Source: Ostreococcus lucimarinus
Taxonomy: Eukaryota
Length of the DNA stretch: 64,000 nt
Reading direction: 5' to 3' (one strand)
NCBI GenBank assembly: GCA_000092065.1
Contig: CP000594.1
The number at the start of each line of letters is the position of its first letter. The stretch's first letter is position 1. The notes under the pieces are model-generated. The model was not told where the DNA came from. It ran no database searches and was given only the letters and a program-made list of their open reading frames with translations. The position numbers and the translations under genes are program-made. This document shows positions 10,152 to 19,719 of the stretch, in pieces.

Positions 10152-11315
10152 ATGGGATTTCTTTTCACTTCCGAATCCGTGAACGAGGGTCACCCGGATA
10201 AGCTCGCGGATCAAATCTCCGACGGCATCTTGGATGCGTGCCTCGCGCAAGATCCGGATTCCAAGGTTGCGTGCGAGACCGCGACGAAGACCAACATGGT
10301 GATGGTTTTCGGTGAAATCACGACCAAGGCCAAGGTTGACTACGAAGCCGTCGTGCGCCAAGTGTGCCGCGACGTCGGTTTCATCTCTGATGAAACCGGC
10401 TTGGACGGTAACAAGTGCCGCGTGCTCGTCGAGTTGCACGACCAATCCCCGGACATTGGTCAAGGTGTGCACGGTATGGGCACCAAGTCCGATGAAGACA
10501 TCGGTGCGGGTGACCAAGGTCACATGTTTGGCTACGCCACGGATGAAACTCCGGAACTCATGCCGTTGACGCACGTTTTGGCCACCAAGCTCGGTCACCG
10601 CCTCACCGTCGTCCGCAAGGATGGTACGTGCCCGTGGGTGCTCCCGGATGGTAAGACGCAAGTCACCATCGAGTACGAAAACGAAGGCGGCGCCATGGTG
10701 CCGAAGCGCGTGCACACCATCTTGATCTCCACCCAACACATCGAGGGCGTGACGAACGAGAAGATCGCCGAGGATCTCATGAACGAAGTCATCAAGAAGG
10801 TTGTCCCGGAAAAGTACTTGGACGCCGACACCATCTTCCACTTGAACCCGTCTGGACGTTTCGTCATCGGTGGCCCGCACGGTGACGCCGGTTTGACCGG
10901 TCGTAAGATTATCATCGACACCTACGGTGGCTGGGGCGCGCACGGCGGTGGCGCCTTCTCCGGTAAGGACCCGACCAAGGTCGACCGCTCTGGCGCGTAC
11001 ATCTCCCGCCAAGCGGCCAAGTCCGTCGTCGCCGCGGGTCTCGCGCGCCGATGCTTGTTCCAAATCTCCTACGCCATCGGCGTCGCCGAGCCGTTGTCCG
11101 TGCACGTCGACACCTACGGCACCGGTAAGATTCCGGATTCCGAAATCCTCGCCAAGGTCAAGGCCGCGTTCGATTTCCGTCCGGGCATGATGGGCAAGGC
11201 GCTCGACCTCAAGCGCGGCGGTAACAAGCGTTACCAAACCACCGCCGCCTACGGTCACTTCGGCCGCGATGAAGACCTCGACATCTTCACCTGGGAAAAG
11301 GTCGTCCCGCTCTAA
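10152..11315 (+). CDS. METK: S-adenosylmethionine synthetase (methionine adenosyltransferase)
   Basis: Full-length match with textbook MAT motifs ([60 protein letters not shown]). Intronless, 387 aa. Confidence 0.95.
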   Translation: MGFLFTSESVNEGHPDKLADQISDGILDACLAQDPDSKVACETATKTNMVMVFGEITTKAKVDYEAVVRQVCRDVGFISDETGLDGNKCRVLVELHDQSPDIGQGVHGMGTKSDEDIGAGDQGHMFGYATDETPELMPLTHVLATKLGHRLTVVRKDGTCPWVLPDGKTQVTIEYENEGGAMVPKRVHTILISTQHIEGVTNEKIAEDLMNEVIKKVVPEKYLDADTIFHLNPSGRFVIGGPHGDAGLTGRKIIIDTYGGWGAHGGGAFSGKDPTKVDRSGAYISRQAAKSVVAAGLARRCLFQISYAIGVAEPLSVHVDTYGTGKIPDSEILAKVKAAFDFRPGMMGKALDLKRGGNKRYQTTAAYGHFGRDEDLDIFTWEKVVPL

Positions 11316-11572
11316 GATAAAGTAACGAAGCCGTCGGCGCGGCGCGTCTCCTCGCGCGCGGCGTCGTCCCGACCCCGCGCGCGCGTCGTCCCCGCGCCGC
11401 ACACGTTTGTCAAATTTTTAGACGGCGAGCATTTCGCTGTCCGACGGAACAGTCGGAATCATCACTAGACGAGTCGTAAGGATATTATTACGTTGTGAGG
11501 AGAGCCACCGTATAGAGCACTCGCGCCTTCGCGCATTCATGCATTCGCTCGCGTCACGCCGCGCCTCGGGCG

Positions 11573-12367
11573 ATGCCCGCGCGCGCGTCCGCGCCGCCTC
11601 GTCCCGCCGCGCGCGCGCGTCGCCCTCGCGCGCCGCGCCGCGCGTCGCGCGTCCCGCGCGCGTCCCCCCTCGACCGCATCGATCCCGCCGCCGTCGTCGC
11701 CCGCCTCGCCGAGGCCGCGCTCGCCTCGCCGCTCGTCCTCAAGCGCTGCGACGACGTCCGCGTCGTCGTCGACGCCGACCTCGCGCGCGCGCTCGCGCTC
11801 GGCGAGCTCGGCGGCGCGCGCGTGCGCGGCCGCGGCTGGTCGAGCCCGCGCGACTTGACCGCGCGCGACGTCGAGCTCGTCGCGCGCGACGTCCGCGTCG
11901 ACTGGAGCGCGGCGATGGCGATGCGAGGGGTGGTGCTCACGCGACCGGCGCGCGGCGAGGCGCGCCTGACGCTCGACGGGAGGGATTTCGAGAATTTCTT
12001 GAGGCACCCGCTGGCGAGACGCGCGGCGCGCGACGAAGCGTTCGAGTTCGAGCGAGGCGACGTCGCGAGCGACGACGACGACGGGTACCTGGAGTGCGAC
12101 GTGGTGATGCGAGACGGCGGCGCGCGGCGAACGGTGCGAATGCGACCGGGAGAGGGATCGACGGTTCGCGCGACGTCGCGCGGCGACGGGGACGAGACGC
12201 TCGAGCGCGCGTTGGAGACGTTTTTCGAGCGACTCGTCCTCGATTTAGACGGCACGGAGCTGCGGTATCGCGACATGACGATCGACGCGCGCGCGACGGC
12301 GCCGACGGTGACGTTCGAGCTCGATCTGTGCGTCAAAAGGTTTCCGTCGCCCGGGATACGGTTTTAG
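11573..12367 (+). CDS. Hypothetical protein with an Arg/Ala-rich transit-peptide-like N-terminus
   Basis: The C-terminal ~150 aa has normal amino-acid diversity (DFENFLRHPL...DDDDGYLECDVVMRDGG...TFELDLCVKRF). It lies in an extremely GC-rich stretch where three ORFs overlap, so the strand and frame are uncertain. Confidence 0.3.
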   Translation: MPARASAPPRPAARARRPRAPRRASRVPRASPLDRIDPAAVVARLAEAALASPLVLKRCDDVRVVVDADLARALALGELGGARVRGRGWSSPRDLTARDVELVARDVRVDWSAAMAMRGVVLTRPARGEARLTLDGRDFENFLRHPLARRAARDEAFEFERGDVASDDDDGYLECDVVMRDGGARRTVRMRPGEGSTVRATSRGDGDETLERALETFFERLVLDLDGTELRYRDMTIDARATAPTVTFELDLCVKRFPSPGIRF

Positions 12368-12923
12368 CTCGCGTTCTCTCGCTCGCGCGCGAGACGCGCG
12401 CCTCTAATTCTAGCTCTACACATCTAGTTCGCGTTTTCCGGCGCCCGCGTTCGCCTCGACGCCTCCCTCGTCACCGCCCGCATCGCGCTCGGCGGCCACA
12501 GCACCGCGGCGATCCGTCCTCGAAGCGCCCCCGTCGGCGTCTCGCCCGCGTCGCCGTCGTCTCGCGCGTCGCGTCCTCGCCATCCCGCGTCCGCTCGCAG
12601 CGCGCACGTCCCTCGCGAGGGCCCTCGCACGGCGTCGACGCGCTGAATCACGATGCCGTCGCCGTCGCGCGCGCGCACGGCGACGACGTCTCCCGCGTCG
12701 ATCGCGCCGCGCGCGACGCTCGCGCGGTCGCACCACACCACCACCGCCTCGAACGCGTCGCGCGCGTCGCTCGACGCGCTCGCGCGCCGCGCGAGCGCGC
12801 GCTCGGGCGCGCCGACGCGGTCGCCGACGACGGCGCCGAGCGCGAGCGCGAGCGCGCCGTCGCGCGCGACGCGCCGAAGCGTCATGCTCTGCCGCGCCGT
12901 CCCGGTCGCACTTCGCGACGCGC

Positions 12924-14192
12924 ATGCGCGACGCGCGGCGCCGCGCGCGCGCGCCGCGCGCGCGAATCGTCGCGGCGCTCGCGCTCGCGCTCGTCGCGGC
13001 GCGCGCGCGCGCGGGACGCGCGCGCGAGGCGACGGGACGCGCGAACGATGGCGACGACGTCGCGGCGCTGCGCGACGCGCTGCCGAGCGACGGCGCGACG
13101 CTGAGCGAACTGTTCAGGTGGTCGATCGAGGCGGGACACCCGCGCGCGTCGAGCGACGCCGACGATCGGGCGCGCGGCGACGCGGGTCGGGCGGAGGGTT
13201 GGCGCGCGAGGGCGCGCGCGGCGCTCGCGCGAGCGACGGGACGACGCGACGACGGCGCGAGCGCGGTCGACGCGATCGACGACGACGAGGGCGCGGAAGC
13301 GGAAGCGGGACGGTCGAAGACGGTGGATTCGATCGAGTCGAGGAAGAGGGAGGTGCGGGAGGCGCTGGACGCGATGGCGGCGGCGCCGAGTCCGCACGCG
13401 CTCGCGCGAGAGTGCGGCGAAGTGGTGAGGGACGCGCGTAAGAATGAAACCAAGGCGCGAAGGGTGCGCGCGCTGGAGATTTTGTACGATTTGGTGGCGC
13501 CGATCGAGTTGGCGAACGATTTGGATAAGCTCGGGGTGGCGGAGGCGCTGATCGGGGCGCTGAGGGACGAGGACGAGGACGTGGCGAGCGCGGCGGCGAG
13601 CGCGCTCGCGGCGGCGGCGTCGAATAACGTCGTCGTGCAGGGGATCATTCACGAGAGACGAGGGTTCGATGCGCTTTTAGAGCTCGTGTCGTCGCCCGCG
13701 ACGCCCGCGGAGGTGCGTCATAAGTCGTTGTGGGTGCTCGGGATGTGCGCGCGGACGCACGAGGCGTCGCGCGCCGACTTTTTCGCCGCGGGCGGCGCCG
13801 GCGTGTTGGCTGATATTTTGTCTCCGAAAACGCCGGTCAAGACGCGCACGCGCGCGATGGTCTTATTCGGCGACTTAGTTCTCATCGACGGCGTCGCGGA
13901 CGCGATGTTTGCCGACGTAAAAGTCGCGAAATCCTTACTCGAGGACGTCGTCGCGAGCGCGCTCGACGCCGACGCCTCGCTCGACGCGCGCGAGAAAGCG
14001 ATCGGCGCGCTTCTCGCCGCGCGCGAGCGCGGCCCTGAGATCGTGCGACATACGCTCGACGGATTCAAGCGCGATCTCTCGACGCTCGCCGACGCGTTCG
14101 ACGCCGCGGCAAAGGCGGAGGACGACGACTCCGCCGCCGACATCAGTCGTCTCGCGCGCGCGTTGAGCGTCTCGCCAAGGGTTGAATTGTAG
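12924..14192 (+). CDS. Armadillo-repeat Hsp70 nucleotide-exchange factor of the Fes1/HspBP1/SIL1 family, with a signal-peptide-like N-terminus (so SIL1-like)
   Basis: N-terminal Fes1-type motif (LSELFRWSIEAG) followed by ARM-like repeats (ALEILYDLVAPIELANDLDKLG...HKSLWVLGMCARTHEAS...RAMVLFGDLVLIDG). A hydrophobic stretch IVAALALALVAARARAG follows the start. Confidence 0.6.
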   Translation: MRDARRRARAPRARIVAALALALVAARARAGRAREATGRANDGDDVAALRDALPSDGATLSELFRWSIEAGHPRASSDADDRARGDAGRAEGWRARARAALARATGRRDDGASAVDAIDDDEGAEAEAGRSKTVDSIESRKREVREALDAMAAAPSPHALARECGEVVRDARKNETKARRVRALEILYDLVAPIELANDLDKLGVAEALIGALRDEDEDVASAAASALAAAASNNVVVQGIIHERRGFDALLELVSSPATPAEVRHKSLWVLGMCARTHEASRADFFAAGGAGVLADILSPKTPVKTRTRAMVLFGDLVLIDGVADAMFADVKVAKSLLEDVVASALDADASLDAREKAIGALLAARERGPEIVRHTLDGFKRDLSTLADAFDAAAKAEDDDSAADISRLARALSVSPRVEL

Positions 14193-14338
14193 CGCGCGCG
14201 CGTTGAAATAGCATCCTCGTTCGTTGGTCATGTGGACTTCTTCATCATCACATTTCTACTAGTGTTAGATGGCGCCTCGCTCGCGTCGTCGATCTCGAAA
14301 GACCGCCTCCGCTCGCGCGCGCTCGCGCCTCGCCCCGC

Positions 14339-15091
14339 TCAGATGCGGTCGCGCGGCCCGACGACGGCCGGTTGCTGCGGGCCGACCGTGATCGGAAGCT
14401 TGGCGTCCTTCGCCCCCTTCACGCCGTACCCGACGGTCAACAAACCCGCGGAAACGGCCAAGAGCGAGTACACGGCCTCGCGTCGGCCCAAGCCTTGCGC
14501 CGCGTATTCGAAAAACGCCGCCTGTTGATCCGGGTATCGGCTCGACGCGTCGACGCCGTAGACGTCCCACGACCCCGTCGTCGCCTCGACGTCGGACAGA
14601 TCGAAGTACACCGACTCATCGCCGTACTTCGCGTTCGTCTTCATCGCGCTGCATCGTTCGCAAACCACCGCGCGCGCCGTCAGTCCCTCGTCCCGCCGTC
14701 TCGCCCTCGCGCCCCGCTCGCTATCCGTCCCGATCGCGCCCCTCGCGCGCGTCTCCGCCCCTTTTCCGAACCCTCGTCGCCGCTCGCGCCGCGTCCCGCT
14801 CGCGTCGCGCGCGCGCGTCCTGGAGCGCGTCTCGCGCCCCTCGCACGCCCATCGTTCGCTCGCGTCGCGCGTCGTCGCGCGTCGCGTCGTCGTCCCGCGT
14901 CGCTCGAGATACGATCGCGATTCGCCCCTCGCGCGCCGCGCGTCGTTCGCGCGCGATCGCGCGTCGCGTCGCGTCACGCGCGGTCGATCGCGACGTCGCG
15001 GCACGCACCGTTCGCGTCGCGCGCGCGTCGAGCGCGGCGCGCGCACGGCGACGCCGGTGGCGAACGAGGTGGTCTTCGCGGTGGCGAACAT
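14339..15091 (-). CDS. psaO: Photosystem I subunit O (PsaO) precursor, a two-exon gene
   Basis: Exon 2 (14648..14339) encodes the mature PsaO region (FDLSDVEATTGSWDVYGVDASSRYPDQQAAFFEYAA...LLAVSAGLLTVGYG...LPITVGPQQPAVVGPRDRI). Exon 1 (15091..15009) encodes a short transit peptide, MFATAKTTSFATGVAVRAPRSTRARRE. The donor is CG|GTGCGTGC and the acceptor ...CTGAC...GATGCAG|C. Together the exons are 393 nt, giving 130 aa in frame. Confidence 0.75.
   Translation of the reverse strand: MFATAKTTSFATGVAVRAPRSTRARRERCVPRRRDRPRVTRRDARSRANDARRARGESRSYLERRGTTTRRATTRDASERWACEGRETRSRTRARDASGTRRERRRGFGKGAETRARGAIGTDSERGARARRRDEGLTARAVVCERCSAMKTNAKYGDESVYFDLSDVEATTGSWDVYGVDASSRYPDQQAAFFEYAAQGLGRREAVYSLLAVSAGLLTVGYGVKGAKDAKLPITVGPQQPAVVGPRDRI
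14649..15008 (-). other. Intron of psaO (~360 nt, GT-AG)
   Basis: GTGCGT donor. A CTGAC branch motif lies ~30 nt upstream of the CAG acceptor. Removing it restores the frame between the transit peptide and the mature PsaO. Confidence 0.7.
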
Positions 15092-15339
15092 GGCGCGTCG
15101 GGGTGTGGCGACCGGGGATTCGTTTCTCCGTATTCGACGTCCATCGAACGCCATCATAGGGACGTCGATCGCGGTTTATCGCGATCCACGTGGATTCGGC
15201 GCGATCGCGTGTGGAATCGGGGGGACGCGCGATGGTATTATACGTCATCGAGGGGTATATAATGCGTCGAAGTTTTACTATATAGAGGAGCGCGATCGGT
15301 CGGACGGTCGGTCGGACGCGGTCGGTCGGACGGCGCGCG

Positions 15340-17592
15340 CTACGCGTCGTCGTCGTCGTCGTCGTCGGCGGCGGGGCGTCGGCCGGCGTGCGCGGCGTTG
15401 ATCTCGCGAGCCTCGCGGCGGAGGGACTTGACGACGCGGCGGTCGGCGCGGGCGGCGCGGGCGTCGGAGAGCGCGCGCGCGGAGGCGCGCGACGGACGCT
15501 GCCAGGCGCTGCTTCGGCGCGCGGGCGCGCGGGACGGGGCGTGGGAGTGGCCGTGGGCGTGGGCGTGGACGCGAGACGCGTCGGTGGACGCGGCGTGGGA
15601 GTGGCCGTGGGCGCGCTGGGCGCGTTTTTGGGCCTTGGCTTTGGCGGCGTCGGCGGAGGCGGCGGTTTCGGCGACGGCGAGGGCGCGGTCGGCCCAGGCG
15701 TAGGCGCTTTGCATCGCGGCCTGCGCGCCTTTGGTGGATTTGAGTTCGGTTTTGAACTCCTTTCGCGTCGACACCGGAACGAGGGCGCCGGCGTGATCTT
15801 TAGTCGCGCCGGGCGGCGCGACGACGAAGTCGTTCGCCGAACGAACGTCGACGAAGACGTCGGAAGAACGCGCGTCGACGTCGGCCGCGGACGCCGCGTT
15901 CGCCCTCGTCGCGGCTTTGTTAATTTCGTCGACGCGAAGCGCGTTCACGTCGTCCAGCATGCGGCGTCGCGCGCCTTCGAGATCTGTAATCATGCGCGTC
16001 GGGTACGTCGATCCCAACTCGACGCCCGCGGCGTCGAGCTGCTTCGCCGACGCTTCCCACGGGCGGTGTCGCAGGTGCCCTTTCGGCAGCGCCGCGAGCT
16101 CTGGAATCCATCGAGCGATGCTCTCGCCTTCGGGGTCGTGCGCTCGAGAGGATCCATCTGGGGTCAACGAACCCGCGAAGACGTCCCACTGATCGAGTCC
16201 GCTCTTTCCCGCGTTTTGCCACATCATGGAATTGATCGCCAAGTCCGCGTCCACGAGAGTGTCGAGGAACCAATCTGCGCCGTGCGTCCAATGAACGCCG
16301 CAGTAATCGACGAGAAACGTGGCCGCAATCATGCGTTCACTCTGATGCATCCATCCGGTGGCCCAAAGCCGGCGCATGCCCGCGTCCACGGTGGGGAAGC
16401 CCGTCGTTCCAGTTTGCCATCGATGAAGCGCAACGGCGGCTTCGTCGCCCTCCAACCAAGCCTTGCGATTCTCGTAGTGCCCACGCACGGACTTGGACGG
16501 TAACTCGGGCCAGTTGTGCAGTTGCCAGTACGCAAACTCTCGGCGATAGAGACGGTGCCAAAACACGCGAGAGAGCTTTTTGCCCTCCACCCCGTCGCTG
16601 CCCATCTTTTTCGTCGCCAATTCGTGGTAAATCTGCCGCGGCGATATCTGACCATGGCGTAAATACGGTGAAAGCGTGCTCACCGCGGCCGGAGCGACGA
16701 TATCCGCTCTTCCGTGATCGTCCTCAAACTTCTCCAACCCCACCGAAGCGAAGTGCTCCCAAGTAGAGGCGGCGCCCGACTCCGACATCGTCCACTCCGC
16801 GCGAATCCCAGCCGCCCAGTCCAAGCGTTTATCTACGTCTGATACTATCCCTAATTCTTCTAACGACGCCGCGAATCCGTGCTCGGGGCCTAAATCCACC
16901 ACTCGCGCGCTCGCCGGCGCCGCGCGCGGCGCCCCCACTTTCCCTCCGAGCTTCTCCGCGGCGTGCACGAACGGCATGAGCGTGCCGAAAAAGTACTTTT
17001 CCCTCCTCAGATCGATCTGAATCTTCTCTGGCTCAAACAACAAGTACCCCGGCAAGCGCACGATCTCGCACGCGTCCCGCACGCTCGCCGCCGTCTCTTC
17101 GTCGTCCGCGTCCGCCGTCGGTTCGTACCGCCTCGACGCGAACGCGCGCGTCGCTCCCACTCCCCCGCACGCCGCTCGCATCGCCTCCGCGTGCGTCCCG
17201 CGATAATACGACAGTCCTCCTCCACCGTACCGTCGTCGCAGTTCGCGATCGAGCGCGTCCAGCGCTTCGACCAACCACGCCCTTCGCGCGCCTCTCGTCG
17301 TCTCGCCGTCTCGCGTCTCGTCCCACGCGAACACGCACGCCGTCTCGCCGCCGCGCCGTCGCGCCGTCTCCACCGCGGCGAGCAGCGCGGCGTTATCGCT
17401 CACGCGCAGGTCGTGGTCTCGGAACCACGCGACGGCGCCGCGACGCGCGTCGTCGGCGTCGCGCTGACGATTTGTGTCGCCCTCGACGTCACGCGTCGCG
17501 CGCGGCGCGAACCGTCGTGCGGCGCGCGTCGCGGGCGAGGACGCGCGCGCGGCGATCGGCGTCGCCGAGCTCGCGCGCGCGCCGAGGCGCAT
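15340..17592 (-). CDS. CRY: Plant-type cryptochrome of the photolyase/cryptochrome family, with a long low-complexity C-terminal extension
   Basis: Photolyase α/β domain (WFRDHDLRVSDNAALLAA) and FAD-binding domain (TGTTGFPTVDAGMRRLWATGWMHQSERMIAATFLV, WQNAGKSGLDQWDVF). The ~250-aa C-terminal tail includes a His-rich stretch (HGHSHAASTDASRVHAHAHGHSHAP). The start is taken as the in-frame ATG at 17592; the upstream part of the ORF is Arg-rich filler. Confidence 0.85.
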   Translation of the reverse strand: MRLGARASSATPIAARASSPATRAARRFAPRATRDVEGDTNRQRDADDARRGAVAWFRDHDLRVSDNAALLAAVETARRRGGETACVFAWDETRDGETTRGARRAWLVEALDALDRELRRRYGGGGLSYYRGTHAEAMRAACGGVGATRAFASRRYEPTADADDEETAASVRDACEIVRLPGYLLFEPEKIQIDLRREKYFFGTLMPFVHAAEKLGGKVGAPRAAPASARVVDLGPEHGFAASLEELGIVSDVDKRLDWAAGIRAEWTMSESGAASTWEHFASVGLEKFEDDHGRADIVAPAAVSTLSPYLRHGQISPRQIYHELATKKMGSDGVEGKKLSRVFWHRLYRREFAYWQLHNWPELPSKSVRGHYENRKAWLEGDEAAVALHRWQTGTTGFPTVDAGMRRLWATGWMHQSERMIAATFLVDYCGVHWTHGADWFLDTLVDADLAINSMMWQNAGKSGLDQWDVFAGSLTPDGSSRAHDPEGESIARWIPELAALPKGHLRHRPWEASAKQLDAAGVELGSTYPTRMITDLEGARRRMLDDVNALRVDEINKAATRANAASAADVDARSSDVFVDVRSANDFVVAPPGATKDHAGALVPVSTRKEFKTELKSTKGAQAAMQSAYAWADRALAVAETAASADAAKAKAQKRAQRAHGHSHAASTDASRVHAHAHGHSHAPSRAPARRSSAWQRPSRASARALSDARAARADRRVVKSLRREAREINAAHAGRRPAADDDDDDDA

Positions 17593-17666
17593 CGCGCGCG
17601 CGACGCGACGCGACGCGACGAGCGACGACGAATGGCGACGACGAACGGCGTCTCGTCTGGATTCGA

Positions 17667-18572
17667 TTAAATGTTGAGCGCGTGCGCGACGGATCCCGCG
17701 AGCTTCAAAACGACGAAAGGCGCGACGCCGCTGCACGCGCTGACGGTCTGCGGACACGAATCGGTGATCCAAAAGTTGGCGAACCCGGCGGACGGGTCGG
17801 TGAAACGACGCCAAGACTCGTTGGGAAAGACGCCGTGGGTGACGTAGGCGCTCACCGCGGAGGCGCCCTCGCGGCGAAGAACCTTGGCGCACTCGATGAG
17901 GGTGCCGCCGGATTGCACGAGATCGTCCACGATGACGATGTGCTTACCCGTGGGTTTGCCCTCCTTGATCGTGACGATGCGCTTGTCGCCCTCGCGAACC
18001 TTGGTGCAGACGACCTCGTCGTACTTGGCGAAAAAGTTGTGAAAGCGCTTGCACGCGCCCTCGTCGGGGTAGGCGATGACGACGTCCGCGGCGTCTTCTA
18101 AACTTGCTAATCGCTCCAACAAAAGCGGAATTCCCGATGCGAACAGCGGAGTGACGGAGTCACCGAAATAAAATCGCTCCTGAAGCGCGTGAATGTCGAA
18201 CACGATCATATCCGTCGGCCCGCCTCGCGAGTGCGGAATCGAGCTCAACATTCTCGCCATCGTCACCGCGGTGGGGATTTCTCCTTCCTTATCCACCCGT
18301 TCGAACGTACCGGTGGGGAAAAACGGTAAGATCAATCTGAACGACGCGACGAACATCTTGGGAAGGGAGTATATCACGCTAAGCTGTTGGAAAATCACAG
18401 ACGCGTTGTGAAACGACGCCAAAAACGCCACGTGCCGCCCGTGCAGCTGTTCCGCGTCGTTCACGAAAATGTTCGGGAAACCATCCGCGAACGTGCGCCA
18501 CTGAATCTCACCCAACTCAATGTTTCCGTCGATCGCCGCGATCTCTCTCGCCATTTGTTCCATCTGTTCCAT
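17667..18572 (-). CDS. PRS: Ribose-phosphate pyrophosphokinase (PRPP synthetase), class II-like
   Basis: N-terminal Pribosyltran_N-like region and a PRPP-binding loop ([27 protein letters not shown]). 301 aa. Confidence 0.8.
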   Translation of the reverse strand: MEQMEQMAREIAAIDGNIELGEIQWRTFADGFPNIFVNDAEQLHGRHVAFLASFHNASVIFQQLSVIYSLPKMFVASFRLILPFFPTGTFERVDKEGEIPTAVTMARMLSSIPHSRGGPTDMIVFDIHALQERFYFGDSVTPLFASGIPLLLERLASLEDAADVVIAYPDEGACKRFHNFFAKYDEVVCTKVREGDKRIVTIKEGKPTGKHIVIVDDLVQSGGTLIECAKVLRREGASAVSAYVTHGVFPNESWRRFTDPSAGFANFWITDSCPQTVSACSGVAPFVVLKLAGSVAHALNI

Positions 18573-19022
18573 TCGTCCGGCGCGTCGTCGTCAGTCGCCG
18601 CGTTTGAATTCGACGTCGTCGCGCGTTCGCCCTCGCTCTCGCTTCGCTTCGCGCCGTCGCGCTCGCCGCGCTCGCGCTCGCACCTCGGTGCAATAAAACA
18701 ACATCAGCGGCATGGACGACCGCGTCAGGCGCTGGCTCGTCGCTCGGCCGAGCGCGTTCGCGTCGGCGGACATTTCTTCGCGTTCGCGACGGCGCGTTCG
18801 CGACGGCGCGTTCGCGTCGCGGACGGGCGCGCGCCGCGAACCGCGCGCCGCGATCCGCGCGCGCGCTCTTTCGTCCGCGCGACGGCGCGAATTCCGGCGC
18901 ACCGAGACGACGCGCGCGAGTGTGCGGCGCTCGGCGCGTCTCGACCGGGACGCCGCGCCGCGCCGCGCCGCTCGACTACCGACTACGACTACCATTACAA
19001 CCCATGCGCGCGCCGCGTCGCG

Positions 19023-19670
19023 CTACATCGCGCGCCCGACGAACGTCGAGCGAGGATACGCCGCGTGCGCGCGCTCCCACATCACGCACACCCGATCGAC
19101 GCACCTCAGATGATAAAAAATCTTCCCCGTCAGGCTGAGCGTTCGCGCGCGACACGCGCTCTCCACGAACACCGTCGCCGGCGTTCGCCACCCCAGCGCG
19201 CGTCGCGCCATCGCCGCCAGCACGATCGGCACGCACGTCCCCGGTCCGTTACAAATCACCACGTCCGGTTTCACGCGCGCGACGATCGCGATCGCCGCCG
19301 CGCACGCGCGCGCCGTCGTCGCCGCGCTCGTCGTCCATCGCTGGCCCACCTCTCGCGCGCGTCCGATCGTCAGCACGCGCGCCTCGCCGCGAGCGCCGCG
19401 TCGCGAGCGCTCGAACGTGAGCGCTCTGTCGGCGCTCCGCGCGTCCGTGCTCGCGACGACGTACGCCGCGACGTCCAGTCGGTCGAGCGTTCGCGCGTCG
19501 CGCAGGATGCGCAGCATCTCCGCCGTGTGTCCGCCGCTGCCGAGCACGACGAGCGCCCGCGCGCGCCGGCCGCGGAGCGCCGACTTGTCTAACGCGCGCG
19601 TCGCGGCGCGCGCGATCCACAGCGCGACGTTGGCGAGCGCGAGGAGCGCGAGGAGCGAACGCGGTGGCAT
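19023..19670 (-). CDS. ALG14: UDP-GlcNAc transferase subunit ALG14
   Basis: Membrane anchor (LLALLALANVALWIA) followed by the ALG14 core (VVLGSGGHTAEM...ICNGPGTCVP...ESACR..LSLTGK). The start is the ATG at 19670. Confidence 0.8.
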   Translation of the reverse strand: MPPRSLLALLALANVALWIARAATRALDKSALRGRRARALVVLGSGGHTAEMLRILRDARTLDRLDVAAYVVASTDARSADRALTFERSRRGARGEARVLTIGRAREVGQRWTTSAATTARACAAAIAIVARVKPDVVICNGPGTCVPIVLAAMARRALGWRTPATVFVESACRARTLSLTGKIFYHLRCVDRVCVMWERAHAAYPRSTFVGRAM

Positions 19671-19719
19671 GGCGAGGCGAACACTGCGGTCAAAACGCGA
19701 CTCGCGCGCGCGCGGCGCG

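Noticed and set aside
10128-11402. A 424-aa ORF antisense to the SAM synthetase gene
   Set aside because: Low-complexity Gly/Val/Asp-rich translation opposite a perfectly conserved MAT gene. A mirror ORF typical of high-GC DNA.
12416-13648. 410-aa and 256-aa minus ORFs, and 11539..13104 (+), overlapping the SIL1/Fes1-like gene
   Set aside because: Their translations are almost pure Arg/Ala/Ser. The plus-strand 12924..14192 product has recognisable Fes1/ARM motifs.
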